From the IMG/VR virus record IMGVR_UViG_3300013099_000018, positions 40,261-104,260 of that record: a stretch of 64,000 nucleotides of DNA. One strand, written 5' to 3'. This document shows positions 28,253 through 37,398 of this stretch, piece by piece. The stretch is from a virus. A model generated the notes under the pieces. That model made no database searches. It had not been told where the DNA came from and saw nothing but the letters and a program-made list of their open reading frames with translations. Both the position numbers and the translations under genes were made by a program. Position 1 is the first letter of the stretch; the number at the start of each line of letters is the position of its first letter.

Positions 28253-28390
28253 ATGCCAATTTGCTATGTTTGCGGTGTAAACGAAGGTACTATCGAACTC
28301 AGAACACCAGTTGGAAAATACAAGTTCTACATCTGTCCAGATTGCAGAAAAAAGAGATTAGAAATGCTTGAGCAATATCCAATTGATTAG
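28253..28390 (+). CDS. small Zn-finger protein (45 aa, not in ORF track)
   Basis: MPICYVCG...ICPDCRK; AGGTGAT RBS. Confidence 0.7.
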   Translation: MPICYVCGVNEGTIELRTPVGKYKFYICPDCRKKRLEMLEQYPID

Positions 28391-28462
28391 TTTCTTTTAT
28401 TTTTTATAATTTTTAAACAACACCACTATTTTAAAATACCTTTAATCAATACTACTAATTGT

Positions 28463-28654
28463 ATGCCATGTCCAAATATTGAGTTCTGTCCAGCTAAAGT
28501 GGATTATAAGCACTACACAGAGTACTGTTTAAGCGATGACAACTGGAAAGCATGTAGGTACTATGTCAAATACGAAATGACACCATCGCAATGGAAGAAA
28601 TACGTTGGTGAATCTCCAACAAAAACTGAAAGTAGCGGTTTTAGACTCCTCTGA
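28463..28654 (+). CDS. small Cys-containing protein
   Basis: 63 aa, 4 Cys. Confidence 0.6.
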   Translation: MPCPNIEFCPAKVDYKHYTEYCLSDDNWKACRYYVKYEMTPSQWKKYVGESPTKTESSGFRLL

Positions 28655-28708
28655 GTTTACACTAATACTACCACAAATATTATATAGTTCTTACACCTAT
28701 CTTATATC

Positions 28709-28960
28709 ATGGGGAAGTTGGTGAAGTTGCATGTGGAAATACCAGTAGAGGACTACATTAACATGGTACTTCTAGTCGCTAAAGAGGAATATCCAAATCT
28801 AAGGCAGATAGTTCTGGAAGGAGTACGAAAAGTCTTTGAAAAATACGGAGAAGACTATTTCAAGGAGCTAAGAGAGGAAAACAGAGAAATCGTAGAGAAC
28901 ATTCTGAAGAAGGCAAAGATTGTAGAAAGAAAAAGGGTTAGAAAGTGGATTGTTAAGTAG
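28709..28960 (+). CDS. ribbon-helix-helix (CopG/Arc-like) DNA-binding protein
   Basis: KLHVEIP strand then helices YPNLRQIVLEGVR. Confidence 0.6.
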   Translation: MGKLVKLHVEIPVEDYINMVLLVAKEEYPNLRQIVLEGVRKVFEKYGEDYFKELREENREIVENILKKAKIVERKRVRKWIVK

Positions 28961-28974
28961 CGAGGTGATTTGAC

Positions 28975-29211
28975 ATGAAATCATTTGAAGATTGGCTGGA
29001 GTATATTGAGGAAGAGATAGAAAAGGCAAACATAACTGAACCATGCAGATGTTCTCTTTTAGTTAGGCTCTATGCTCTCAAAATAAATAGAACCTTATCT
29101 GACTTAAAGAACCTCATGAGATGGCTACACCACTATAAACTACCACACTTGTGTCCAACATTGGATGAAATCGATAACTGGATTCAGCAAGGAGTTATAA
29201 GAACTCTATAG
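28975..29211 (+). CDS. hypothetical protein
   Basis: GAGGTGAT RBS. Confidence 0.7.
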   Translation: MKSFEDWLEYIEEEIEKANITEPCRCSLLVRLYALKINRTLSDLKNLMRWLHHYKLPHLCPTLDEIDNWIQQGVIRTL

Positions 29212-29258
29212 CTTTAGATTTCTGTTATTTTTTAAAATAATCTTTGTAGGTGTTTTAA

Positions 29259-29834
29259 ATGCAATACGTAGAAGATATTAAGCTTCTGGTAGATGAAGAT
29301 TCACAAATCTACGACAAAGCAAAGAAATCAATAACTGAGATTAAACCATGTCAGCAATGTGGTTGGTGTTGCAACAATAGAAGGATTTTGGTAACAATCC
29401 CAGAAATGATTAGAATTCTAAAACACACCAAAAAGAAATTCTCAGAAGTGTTCGTAATCGAGAAAAATAGACTATCAGTCTCCATCAAAACGAAGAAAGT
29501 CAATAATAAACACTACTGTATATTTTATGACAACGGTAAATGTTCAATCCACGACATCAAACCATTTCAATGTTTCACGTATCCAGTGATATTTCATCCA
29601 GCAGTCTTCGAAATACATCCACCAAAACCAATGTATAGTGAGTTCTACGTTTTCACTTGTCAATCTCCTTACAAAGACAAAGCAAAATTTGCAATTGAAA
29701 TAGATGACTTTGAATTAATAACAACTAAAAGACTACTCTATCTAACGAAGAACTATAACATTCAAAAGAAGCTAATTAGTAAAAACAAATTGGTAGAAAT
29801 AGTTGAAGAGGTGGCTAAAATTGAAAGAACTTGA
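29259..29834 (+). CDS. YkgJ/CxxCxxCC-family Zn- or Fe-chelating protein
   Basis: CQQCGWCC...CIFY...CSIH.IKP.QC.TYP. Confidence 0.85.
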   Translation: MQYVEDIKLLVDEDSQIYDKAKKSITEIKPCQQCGWCCNNRRILVTIPEMIRILKHTKKKFSEVFVIEKNRLSVSIKTKKVNNKHYCIFYDNGKCSIHDIKPFQCFTYPVIFHPAVFEIHPPKPMYSEFYVFTCQSPYKDKAKFAIEIDDFELITTKRLLYLTKNYNIQKKLISKNKLVEIVEEVAKIERT

Positions 29835-30456
29835 AGATTTAATAAGGCAAGCAATTCTTGAATCAGTAAAAGAGTATCAAATAAACAAAAGAGACACTAT
29901 CCATATAACCGATTTAACGACATGCCTTAGAAAGAGCTACTACACTAAAAAATACGGATTTCCTATGGATGAAAAAACAGCATTTAGAATATTATTTGGA
30001 GTTATAGTTCATGAGCTATTAACGCCAGTAATAGCAGAATACCTAAATGGCAAAAGAGAGGTACGAACAACTTACAAATATCAAGGAATTGAAATCCAAG
30101 CCACACCAGATGTCTTAGCTAACGATGTAGTTGTAGAGCTAAAAACATGCAATAAACTACCATATTCACCTTACAAAACACATCTTGAACAATTAAACGC
30201 ATACTTACACATATTTAACGTTCCCAAGGGTTTAATCGTTTATATCTCAAGAACCCAACTTGGAGTTAGAATATTCGATTATTACGGTAATGCGGATTTG
30301 TTTTACCATACGATGGAGAAAGCCAAGATTCTGAAATACGCTTTAGATAAAGATGTTCCACCACCATGTAACATATCAATCTCGGCAAGAAAAACATATT
30401 GTAAAGATTGCCCGTTCAAAAACATATGTGTTAGTGATTCGGAACTATCTGTTTAG
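29803..30456 (+). CDS. cas4: Cas4-like PD-(D/E)XK exonuclease (probable start TTG 29821)
   Basis: CLRK, G..H, PD, ELKT, QLNAY, C-terminal CxxC...C cluster. Confidence 0.88.
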   Translation: MKRWLKLKELEDLIRQAILESVKEYQINKRDTIHITDLTTCLRKSYYTKKYGFPMDEKTAFRILFGVIVHELLTPVIAEYLNGKREVRTTYKYQGIEIQATPDVLANDVVVELKTCNKLPYSPYKTHLEQLNAYLHIFNVPKGLIVYISRTQLGVRIFDYYGNADLFYHTMEKAKILKYALDKDVPPPCNISISARKTYCKDCPFKNICVSDSELSV

Positions 30457-30474
30457 AAGGTATAGGGTGATATT

Positions 30475-30972
30475 ATGAAGATTGAAATTCTGGATGAAGA
30501 AATTTTCGTATGTCCAGTTTGCAAAAAGTATTTCACGACTTTCTATGGTTTGGTAACTCACTTTCGAATGTCTGCACATAGCTATTGTCCTATTTGCAAA
30601 AAAACGTACAAAAACGTAATTGGTCATTTCTACCAAAAGAGCTTTTCAAGTATTGAACATGCAATCCTTTTTGGTTTATCTCCAACAAAACAAGGTAAAA
30701 CGGGAGATAGCAAGAAGAAATACAGACAATACAAAGAGATATGCAAGAATTTAGCCTATGAGAAATGCAAACGCAAGAGAGTACAATTAGTGTTGGATGG
30801 TAAACGATATGATATTCTTGAAGCTATAATTCAAAACGGGAAAATAGTTTTGCATTGCTACAAACGCCATGCCTATGAACATCTTAGCCATCTCTATTTT
30901 GAGATTGAGCCATCTAATGAAATCCTTGATGAGTTAAAGAAAGCTGGAGTGGATGTATATGTCGACATCTAA
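30475..30972 (+). CDS. C2H2 zinc-finger protein
   Basis: CPVC...HFRMSAH, CPIC...H. Confidence 0.8.
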   Translation: MKIEILDEEIFVCPVCKKYFTTFYGLVTHFRMSAHSYCPICKKTYKNVIGHFYQKSFSSIEHAILFGLSPTKQGKTGDSKKKYRQYKEICKNLAYEKCKRKRVQLVLDGKRYDILEAIIQNGKIVLHCYKRHAYEHLSHLYFEIEPSNEILDELKKAGVDVYVDI

Positions 30973-31017
30973 GGATTATAACGCAAACTTTATATATTGT
31001 TTACACTAATTCCAAGT

Positions 31018-31170
31018 ATGCTCAAGCGGTTACCCCATATGTACTACAAGGTGTTTAGAAAATATCACAGAATCCACCGTAATTCAGAGATAACTTGTAG
31101 AGCATTGAGAGTATTTCAACGCAATAATGTAAATGTATGCATTGTCGAATCTAATGAAGCTCAAGGATGA
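31018..31170 (+). CDS. small basic protein (50 aa, not in ORF track)
   Basis: CGCAAACTTTATATA promoter upstream of a leaderless ATG. Confidence 0.4.
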   Translation: MLKRLPHMYYKVFRKYHRIHRNSEITCRALRVFQRNNVNVCIVESNEAQG

Positions 31171-31235
31171 TAGACATGTTGGTGGCATCTCTTATACCAT
31201 AAACTTTATATATCTTTTACACCTATCTTGTGTAG

Positions 31236-31595
31236 GTGATATATATGGGCGATGGTAAGAGGTATATATTAAGTGCATCGGTAATGCCATGTTCGGCAGA
31301 TGAGTTTACTATAAGCAGTAAAAGGATTAGCCTTGAAGAGGCTAAGGAATGGGTCAAAAAGGGAGACTTTATTAGTGCTGTAGGACACGAAAGCACGGCA
31401 AAATTGCTAAGCGAACTATTAGGCGTTGAGATAAAGCCAAACAGAATAGTAGTTGATATGGGTGTAGGAGACGAAGCATTAGCCACACAGTTCTTAATAA
31501 GAATACAGGAAGGCAAAGTATTAAATGAGAAAGAGTTAAAGGAGTTATACGATAATGGTAAAATCGTTTTTAGACTAATCAAAAGAATTGCTTAA
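31236..31595 (+). CDS. acrIII-1: AcrIII-1 / DUF1874 (STIV B116-like) viral ring nuclease, anti-type III CRISPR
   Basis: FISAVGHESTA (catalytic His), NR, R.xEGKVL..xE motifs. Confidence 0.9.
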   Translation: MIYMGDGKRYILSASVMPCSADEFTISSKRISLEEAKEWVKKGDFISAVGHESTAKLLSELLGVEIKPNRIVVDMGVGDEALATQFLIRIQEGKVLNEKELKELYDNGKIVFRLIKRIA

Positions 31596-31972
31596 TTCTT
31601 AACTTTTTTATTCTTTAATTTAGCTTTTTTAGCTAAATACTCATCTGGAGTTACTAACACTGTAATCCATCTACCCTTAAACCTATACCTTAATCCTAAC
31701 AGAACCTTAACATTGTACTCTTTCTCAAGTTTCTTAAGCATTTCAAGCTCCTTTCTACTAATCTTAGGTAACTGATTTGGCTTTGTAGTTTTCTTGCATT
31801 GGATACATAGAGGCTTATTATCAAGCATATTCTTATTTGGAATGGCTATTAAATCGCAAAGTCTATGTGAGCCAGCACTTCTTATAACATAAAACCCTCG
31901 CTTTTCTAATTCTTTCATTATGTCTGTTTCCAAAACATATCCTCTTCTGTAGTAATACGTAACCATTGACAA
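31592..31972 (-). CDS. hjc: archaeal-type Holliday junction resolvase
   Basis: RRG...E...L..RGFYVIRSAGS...DLIA...IQCK. Confidence 0.88.
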   Translation of the reverse strand: MSMVTYYYRRGYVLETDIMKELEKRGFYVIRSAGSHRLCDLIAIPNKNMLDNKPLCIQCKKTTKPNQLPKISRKELEMLKKLEKEYNVKVLLGLRYRFKGRWITVLVTPDEYLAKKAKLKNKKVKN

Positions 31973-32005
31973 AGGTTAAGTAAACCTCTTAATAAAACTA
32001 AGCTC

Positions 32006-32227
32006 ATGAAAGTAGAAATTTACGATGACAAATTTAGCATTGGACATACTCTATTAGGCATATTAGCTTATTTCCACATTTCCTTTTTCATAATCTTTCT
32101 ATTCTATGAACTCATAGAGTTCTGCTACAAGTATGGAAGAAAAGAAGAAACTCCAGCCCATTTTGTCGGAGATTTATGCGAATTCTTTATAGGGTATTCT
32201 TTCGTTTCGTTATTATTACACAACTAA
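32006..32227 (+). CDS. small membrane protein
   Basis: hydrophobic helices, H..LG, YE..E, GD..EF. Confidence 0.7.
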   Translation: MKVEIYDDKFSIGHTLLGILAYFHISFFIIFLFYELIEFCYKYGRKEETPAHFVGDLCEFFIGYSFVSLLLHN

Positions 32228-32471
32228 TTTTCTGAACTTGCTCCGTGCAAGTTCTTACTAAATAATACTATTGACAATAACGATATTAAGGATGTCAACA
32301 AGAATTGGTTTTAGTCTTATAGCATTCTTAACATATTGTGATTTAGTGTTAATATTTCTGAACTGGTCTCGGAGTCAGTTAACACCCTAATTTTTAAACC
32401 TACTACGTAGTAGTATTTCGAAAACTTTATATACCATTAATGCCACAAATATTGTATAGAGGTGGTGTAAG

Positions 32472-32909
32472 ATGGTGTTCAAGACTGTAGGTGTTAAAGA
32501 AGATGTAAAGCAAATAATAGATGAAATAGCAAGAAGAAGAGGTTGGAAAAAGTACAAAGTAGTCGAATTAGCAATAAGGCAATTTGCAAAGGAGCAAAAA
32601 TATGGTCAGAAAGAAAAGAAGTACCATTGGGGATACGACATAGATAGAAACATCTGGTATGCATTCAAATTGGTAAACTCAATAGCTTCTTTAAAAACAA
32701 TTGTTGATGAATTCGATGATGAAGGTAAAATAAGGGAATACATGAACATGACAATGAGAACAATTGACCAGATAGAGGAGAGGTTAGGAATTGACATGGG
32801 GAATGTAAAGAAAGCACTAGAGAAATTCATAGAGAATCCAACAGGAAAAAACAAAGCAAACTTAAACGATGAAACAAAGTTTGCAATGGTTAAAATTCTA
32901 TTTCCTTAA
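32472..32909 (+). CDS. N-terminal RHH-type DNA-binding protein
   Basis: KTVGVKEDVKQIIDEIARRRG...VVELAIRQF; promoter and RBS. Confidence 0.65.
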   Translation: MVFKTVGVKEDVKQIIDEIARRRGWKKYKVVELAIRQFAKEQKYGQKEKKYHWGYDIDRNIWYAFKLVNSIASLKTIVDEFDDEGKIREYMNMTMRTIDQIEERLGIDMGNVKKALEKFIENPTGKNKANLNDETKFAMVKILFP

Positions 32910-32920
32910 TATTTTTAAAG

Positions 32921-33136
32921 GTGGTGAAAATGGCAATCTGGATTAAATGTAGGATTTGTGGAACAATTGAGTACATCCCTCACATTAATCTTAAAGGAGA
33001 CCCAAACAGCAAGCATAATAAAAGAAAGTTATTTGATTATGGATTCTGGGAGTGTTGCGATTTCGCAAGAAAGCAACATTACTTGGTTGGCTCAGGAAAA
33101 AGAATCAAGCTTGAATTCGATGTTTATAAAGATTGA
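32921..33136 (+). CDS. small Zn-binding protein
   Basis: CRICG...ECC; RBS. Confidence 0.65.
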   Translation: MVKMAIWIKCRICGTIEYIPHINLKGDPNSKHNKRKLFDYGFWECCDFARKQHYLVGSGKRIKLEFDVYKD

Positions 33137-33148
33137 AGAGGTGGCATA

Positions 33149-33334
33149 GTGGTGATACCCTTAGACTTAGATTTACTATTAAGAGGCTTAACAGTAATGG
33201 CTGGAACTTACGCCATCTTTACTCTATTATCAGCAATGATAGCATTTACAGCTTTAGTATATACTGGAATAATGGTTGGTATTGTAAAGCTGTATGAAGT
33301 CATTAAACATGTCTTCCATAAAAGAAATTCTTGA
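33149..33334 (+). CDS. small membrane protein
   Basis: long hydrophobic stretch; RBS. Confidence 0.6.
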   Translation: MVIPLDLDLLLRGLTVMAGTYAIFTLLSAMIAFTALVYTGIMVGIVKLYEVIKHVFHKRNS

Positions 33335-33488
33335 CAGAGTAATAAATAAGGGAAAACCAGACAGAAGGTGCATGGTTTGCAAATACTGGAAACCAGTAAC
33401 CGAGTGTACTGGTTTATGCACCTATTCAGATAGACCATTCTACAAACATCCAAACTATGTTTGTTCTAAGTTTGAACCCTACAAGTAA
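33294..33488 (+). CDS. small Cys-rich protein
   Basis: CMVCKYW...GLC...CSKFE. Confidence 0.65.
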   Translation: MKSLNMSSIKEILDRVINKGKPDRRCMVCKYWKPVTECTGLCTYSDRPFYKHPNYVCSKFEPYK

Positions 33489-33520
33489 CTTTTTTATTTT
33501 TAATTCTTTATTGTTAACCC

Positions 33521-33841
33521 TTAGTAATATACTTTAACATGCAACTCTAATGGGTATCTATTATCTACAACTTCAATTTCAAGTCTATAGTTCTTAAGAT
33601 AGCCTTGAACATATTTCTTCGTTCTGTGTAAAATGTTTATAGCGTATGCCTTACGGCTTTCTGCTTGTGCTAAGTCTGTTAAGAGGTTTTTTACGACTTT
33701 TTCAAGTTCTTCTTGCGAAAGGTGTGGTAATTCTTCTTTTATTTTTCTTTTTATTTTGTCTTCAATTGTTTCTTGCTCTTTAATTTCTTCAATTTCTTCA
33801 GATACCTTAATGTAAGTAAGGTCTTCTTTACTCAATCTCAT
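33521..33841 (-). CDS. hypothetical protein
   Basis: 106 aa, RBS. Confidence 0.7.
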   Translation of the reverse strand: MRLSKEDLTYIKVSEEIEEIKEQETIEDKIKRKIKEELPHLSQEELEKVVKNLLTDLAQAESRKAYAINILHRTKKYVQGYLKNYRLEIEVVDNRYPLELHVKVYY

Positions 33842-33992
33842 ATACCTACCTATGTCTTACTAAGATATAAATACTTACACCTTACAAAGTTATAGGTTAG
33901 TATCTGAAAAATTCTATAATTTCAACGAAAGATTTATATTTCTGAGTTTTTTAACAATATATACGAGGAGAGGTGAGGAGGTGAGTTGAGGT

Positions 33993-34361
33993 ATGCCATA
34001 TAGGGACTTTACGGACAGGGTAGAGAACTATAACCTTGCAGTTATACCAGACGTAGTCAAGACCAAGTTCGAGACTAGAAAGAACAAGATGGTTCAGTTG
34101 CAACAGAGAGGACAGGCAACACTAACCGACATGGAAAAGAAGGTCAGAGACATCCTTGACGAGAACGGAATCTTCGGAAACTTCAGAATTCCTTACTTGA
34201 ACTTGGCAAGAGCCTTATTCAGAGCAAAGGGACACCAGAGTGGTCTTGCTCTACAGAAGATTGCCAATGGTTGGAAGCAGAAGGCAGTTGCTGAAGGCTT
34301 AGACCCAGACATTGTTGACAAGATTATCGAAGTAGTCATTGGTGCAACAGCATACAGCTAA
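33993..34361 (+). CDS. major capsid protein, SIRV2-type (Adnaviria) helical fold
   Basis: VRDILDENGIFGNFRIPYLNLARAL...GLDPDIVDKII matches the rudivirus MCP pattern as recalled; 122 aa; own BRE/TATA and tandem RBS; adjacent glycosyltransferase. Confidence 0.8.
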   Translation: MPYRDFTDRVENYNLAVIPDVVKTKFETRKNKMVQLQQRGQATLTDMEKKVRDILDENGIFGNFRIPYLNLARALFRAKGHQSGLALQKIANGWKQKAVAEGLDPDIVDKIIEVVIGATAYS

Positions 34362-34468
34362 AGTCTAAATAATTCCACTTAATTACTCAAGATTTAATTT
34401 CTTTATTTTTTTAATTAAGCAATTTCTTTTAATCATAATAACGCTTATTTATCTGTTTCAACATATGG

Positions 34469-35587
34469 TTGTTAATGGTGGGTAGGGTAGTATATATCTC
34501 ACCTTTGCAAGCAGAATCAATGTTAAACCAAGCTAACTTATTCAAAAAGCTATTGCAAGAATGCGGTTATGATGCAGTATTCAAATCTACTATTACAGTT
34601 GAAGATTTGAACAACGATGATATTGCTGGAGCTATATGGTTTCAATTAGCTACTATCAATTTCATAGGTGATGCTATAGTCCCATACATACTTGGCAAAA
34701 AACCTAAAGTACTATACGTTACAATCGAGGGAGTACCTACAAGGGGAAATGTAGCACATTCAAATCTAAAAAGATGCGAATTCGTAGCTGTAAGCAACTT
34801 TGTTAAAGAATGCTTACAATCAGTAGGGTTGAAAGTTAGAAATGTAGTTCATCATGCCATCGACTGGAAACTCTGTGGTGAAATCCACAAGAAGAACATA
34901 ATCCAAAGAAGGCAAATCCAACAATACGCAAAAGACAGAGTTAAGTTCATAGTAGTTGCGAGAGATGACCCTCGCAAAAACCTTAAAGGGTTAGCAGAAG
35001 CTATGAGAATTCTAAATAAGAAGGGTTACGAAAAGGACTATGTAGTATTTTTAATCACCGAAGACTCTGCCAAACAGAAGTTTGAAGGTATAAATAATGC
35101 TGTGTTTATAAAAGGTTTTGGCGGTTCAGCACATGAATTCATTTTAGGCTATATGGCTTGCTGTGATTTCCTCATTCATCCTGCATTCAGTGAAGGTTTT
35201 GGACTTCCAGTCCTTGAGGCAAATGCTGTGAGTAAACCAGTAATACACGTAGATGCTCCCCCAATGAATGAATTTACCTCACCAGATTTCAATTTCATGT
35301 TCAATTACATCGATAAGCAAGCAGTAAAATGTAACATGTATCAATATTGGATATTTCATATCTTCACTCCAGACATGCTCGCCGAAATGATTGCTTACGC
35401 AATTGACATTTACAAAAACCACAAAGACGAATATCAAGAATATTGTACAAAGGCAAGAGAGTGGACAAAGAACTGGGATTATCATGTTAAATATGCCGAA
35501 CTAATGAGAGAACTTAAGTTGGCAATTCCAAGAGATTTAATAGATTATGTAAAGCATGGTTTGGATTGGATAATCGAAATAAAGTGA
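34469..35587 (+). CDS. GT-B (GT4-like) glycosyltransferase
   Basis: AVS, PRKN, EGFGLPVLEA. Confidence 0.92.
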   Translation: MLMVGRVVYISPLQAESMLNQANLFKKLLQECGYDAVFKSTITVEDLNNDDIAGAIWFQLATINFIGDAIVPYILGKKPKVLYVTIEGVPTRGNVAHSNLKRCEFVAVSNFVKECLQSVGLKVRNVVHHAIDWKLCGEIHKKNIIQRRQIQQYAKDRVKFIVVARDDPRKNLKGLAEAMRILNKKGYEKDYVVFLITEDSAKQKFEGINNAVFIKGFGGSAHEFILGYMACCDFLIHPAFSEGFGLPVLEANAVSKPVIHVDAPPMNEFTSPDFNFMFNYIDKQAVKCNMYQYWIFHIFTPDMLAEMIAYAIDIYKNHKDEYQEYCTKAREWTKNWDYHVKYAELMRELKLAIPRDLIDYVKHGLDWIIEIK

Positions 35588-35593
35588 TTTAAT

Positions 35594-36880
35594 ATGATTA
35601 GGAAAGACCCTTTTGAAAGCATAATTGACCGTAAAGAGAAATACATTGATTTTACAACAAGCTTAGACTGGATAAGCTTAAACATGCTTAGATGGGAATT
35701 TAGACTACCGAAAATAGACTTATCTATTGGTTTCAACCTCAGTTTTAATTTCTTGCTTGATTTTTACTTAGCGGTAGATTTACATTTCCCTCTTGATGCT
35801 TTTGACTATCTCAAGTTAGATTTGGATTTAGCAATCGAGTTTAACCTTCCTAAATTTGAGATTGATTTAGCTATGCCTGATTTTTTAGTTGATTGGCAAC
35901 CAATACCCAAAGCTTACTATGGTAAAACGAAATACAATCAAGGAGTTTATGACCCTCCAGAAATACTCTGGAAAGACCTTGCAAGGTTTATTTGGAACAT
36001 GAGATATCAAACTACTGAGAAGAGCATTCCCGCTTATAAGAAAGTAAGCCAAGCACTAAAAAACTACTTAGAGGCTCACAAGGAAATTCTGTCAAAGAAA
36101 GGTGTAAGTAGTGGTTACATTGATGCAATGCTTGAAACACTAATGAAAGTAGAAGGTAAAATATTGAATTGTTCTTATGTTGGATTCACAGTAGTAGGAG
36201 TTGCCAAAGTCATGAAACCAATCAAAAGAAGACGTTACAAGATGGCTTTAGGTAAAATGAGATATATAGATGACTTCAAGACAGAAAGAACAATCTACAC
36301 CAAATTCCCTTATGAAACCCAAGTAAACTACGCAAGAGTGAATTATGCCAGAGTAATACCTAAAGAGAAGGAGTACAAGGAGAAGCATCTGAGACCTCTA
36401 TCCAAAACACTCGCTTGGAAAGTTAAATTCTTCAAGCAACGTTCATCAAAGACCCCAATTACAAAAGGTTTAGACGTAGAAGTAAGACCAGAGATAAGAG
36501 AAATTACGAAACACATTCCACCACCAAAGCATACACTATACCAAAGAGTCTTCTTCTTGCAGAAGAGAGATAAGATGAAATGGGAAGGTGGCAAACATCA
36601 AGCAAGGTTACAGAATATTATTGAGCATGTTAAACCTATCCTCAACAAATATGGTGTTCATGGTAATTTCAGATTAGGGTATATAGCATTTGCAAAGGAA
36701 TACGTTTATATGCATTATAAGCCTCATAAAAAACACAAACAATGGAAAAGACTTCTAACGGATGACGATTTAATTCTAAAATACAAAAGAATGGGTTGTG
36801 ATGAACAAATACTCAGAGAAATAATATCTACTGTAAATAAATTCAAGACAGTAGTAGATATTGAAGCATCTCAAAAGTAA
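35594..36880 (+). CDS. putative minor virion protein with C-terminal MCP-like domain
   Basis: C-terminal VKPILNKYGVHGNFRLGYIAFAKE...GCDEQILREI aligns with the MCP. Confidence 0.65.
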   Translation: MIRKDPFESIIDRKEKYIDFTTSLDWISLNMLRWEFRLPKIDLSIGFNLSFNFLLDFYLAVDLHFPLDAFDYLKLDLDLAIEFNLPKFEIDLAMPDFLVDWQPIPKAYYGKTKYNQGVYDPPEILWKDLARFIWNMRYQTTEKSIPAYKKVSQALKNYLEAHKEILSKKGVSSGYIDAMLETLMKVEGKILNCSYVGFTVVGVAKVMKPIKRRRYKMALGKMRYIDDFKTERTIYTKFPYETQVNYARVNYARVIPKEKEYKEKHLRPLSKTLAWKVKFFKQRSSKTPITKGLDVEVRPEIREITKHIPPPKHTLYQRVFFLQKRDKMKWEGGKHQARLQNIIEHVKPILNKYGVHGNFRLGYIAFAKEYVYMHYKPHKKHKQWKRLLTDDDLILKYKRMGCDEQILREIISTVNKFKTVVDIEASQK

Positions 36881-36918
36881 GAACAACGTTTTTATAGCAT
36901 TTGCATATATTGTAAAAC

Positions 36919-37215
36919 ATGGCAGAGGCTAAAGATGTTGTGGCTAAGGAGGCATCGGATATGGGTGTAGGTGGCGACATGACAACTCCTCAAGCAAGTG
37001 TACCACCGCAAGTTTCAGAAGAATTCCTAAAACTACAATCAGACCTTATAAACATAAACGCTAAGTTAGTGTTTGCAGTGGCGACATGTGAATGTGAAAA
37101 AAGAGATGAATGTGAAATATTCCAGCATGCAAGAGAAGTAGCAAAAATCCTCAAAAAGATGCAAGATGTAGTTACTTCAACTTCTAAGAAGGTAGGTAAA
37201 AGAGGTAGAAGGTGA
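36919..37215 (+). CDS. hypothetical protein
   Basis: 98 aa, CxCxxxxxC. Confidence 0.75.
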   Translation: MAEAKDVVAKEASDMGVGGDMTTPQASVPPQVSEEFLKLQSDLININAKLVFAVATCECEKRDECEIFQHAREVAKILKKMQDVVTSTSKKVGKRGRR

Positions 37216-37398
37216 GGAATAACTATCTTATATTTTTAACACTATTTATTGGACATGGTATCGAAGGGTTTTAAGATAAGTGAGGGCGAATTCACTCTTG
37301 AAGTTACAAACATTGAAAACATAACAAACGATATACAATGTGTAGAATACGTAGTCAAAAGAGGGGATTCTGAGCTTACAGATGGATTTGTTTACCTA

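Noticed and set aside
29803-30456. CRISPR-Cas locus
   Set aside because: Solo Cas4-like gene; no cas1/cas2, effector genes or array in the window
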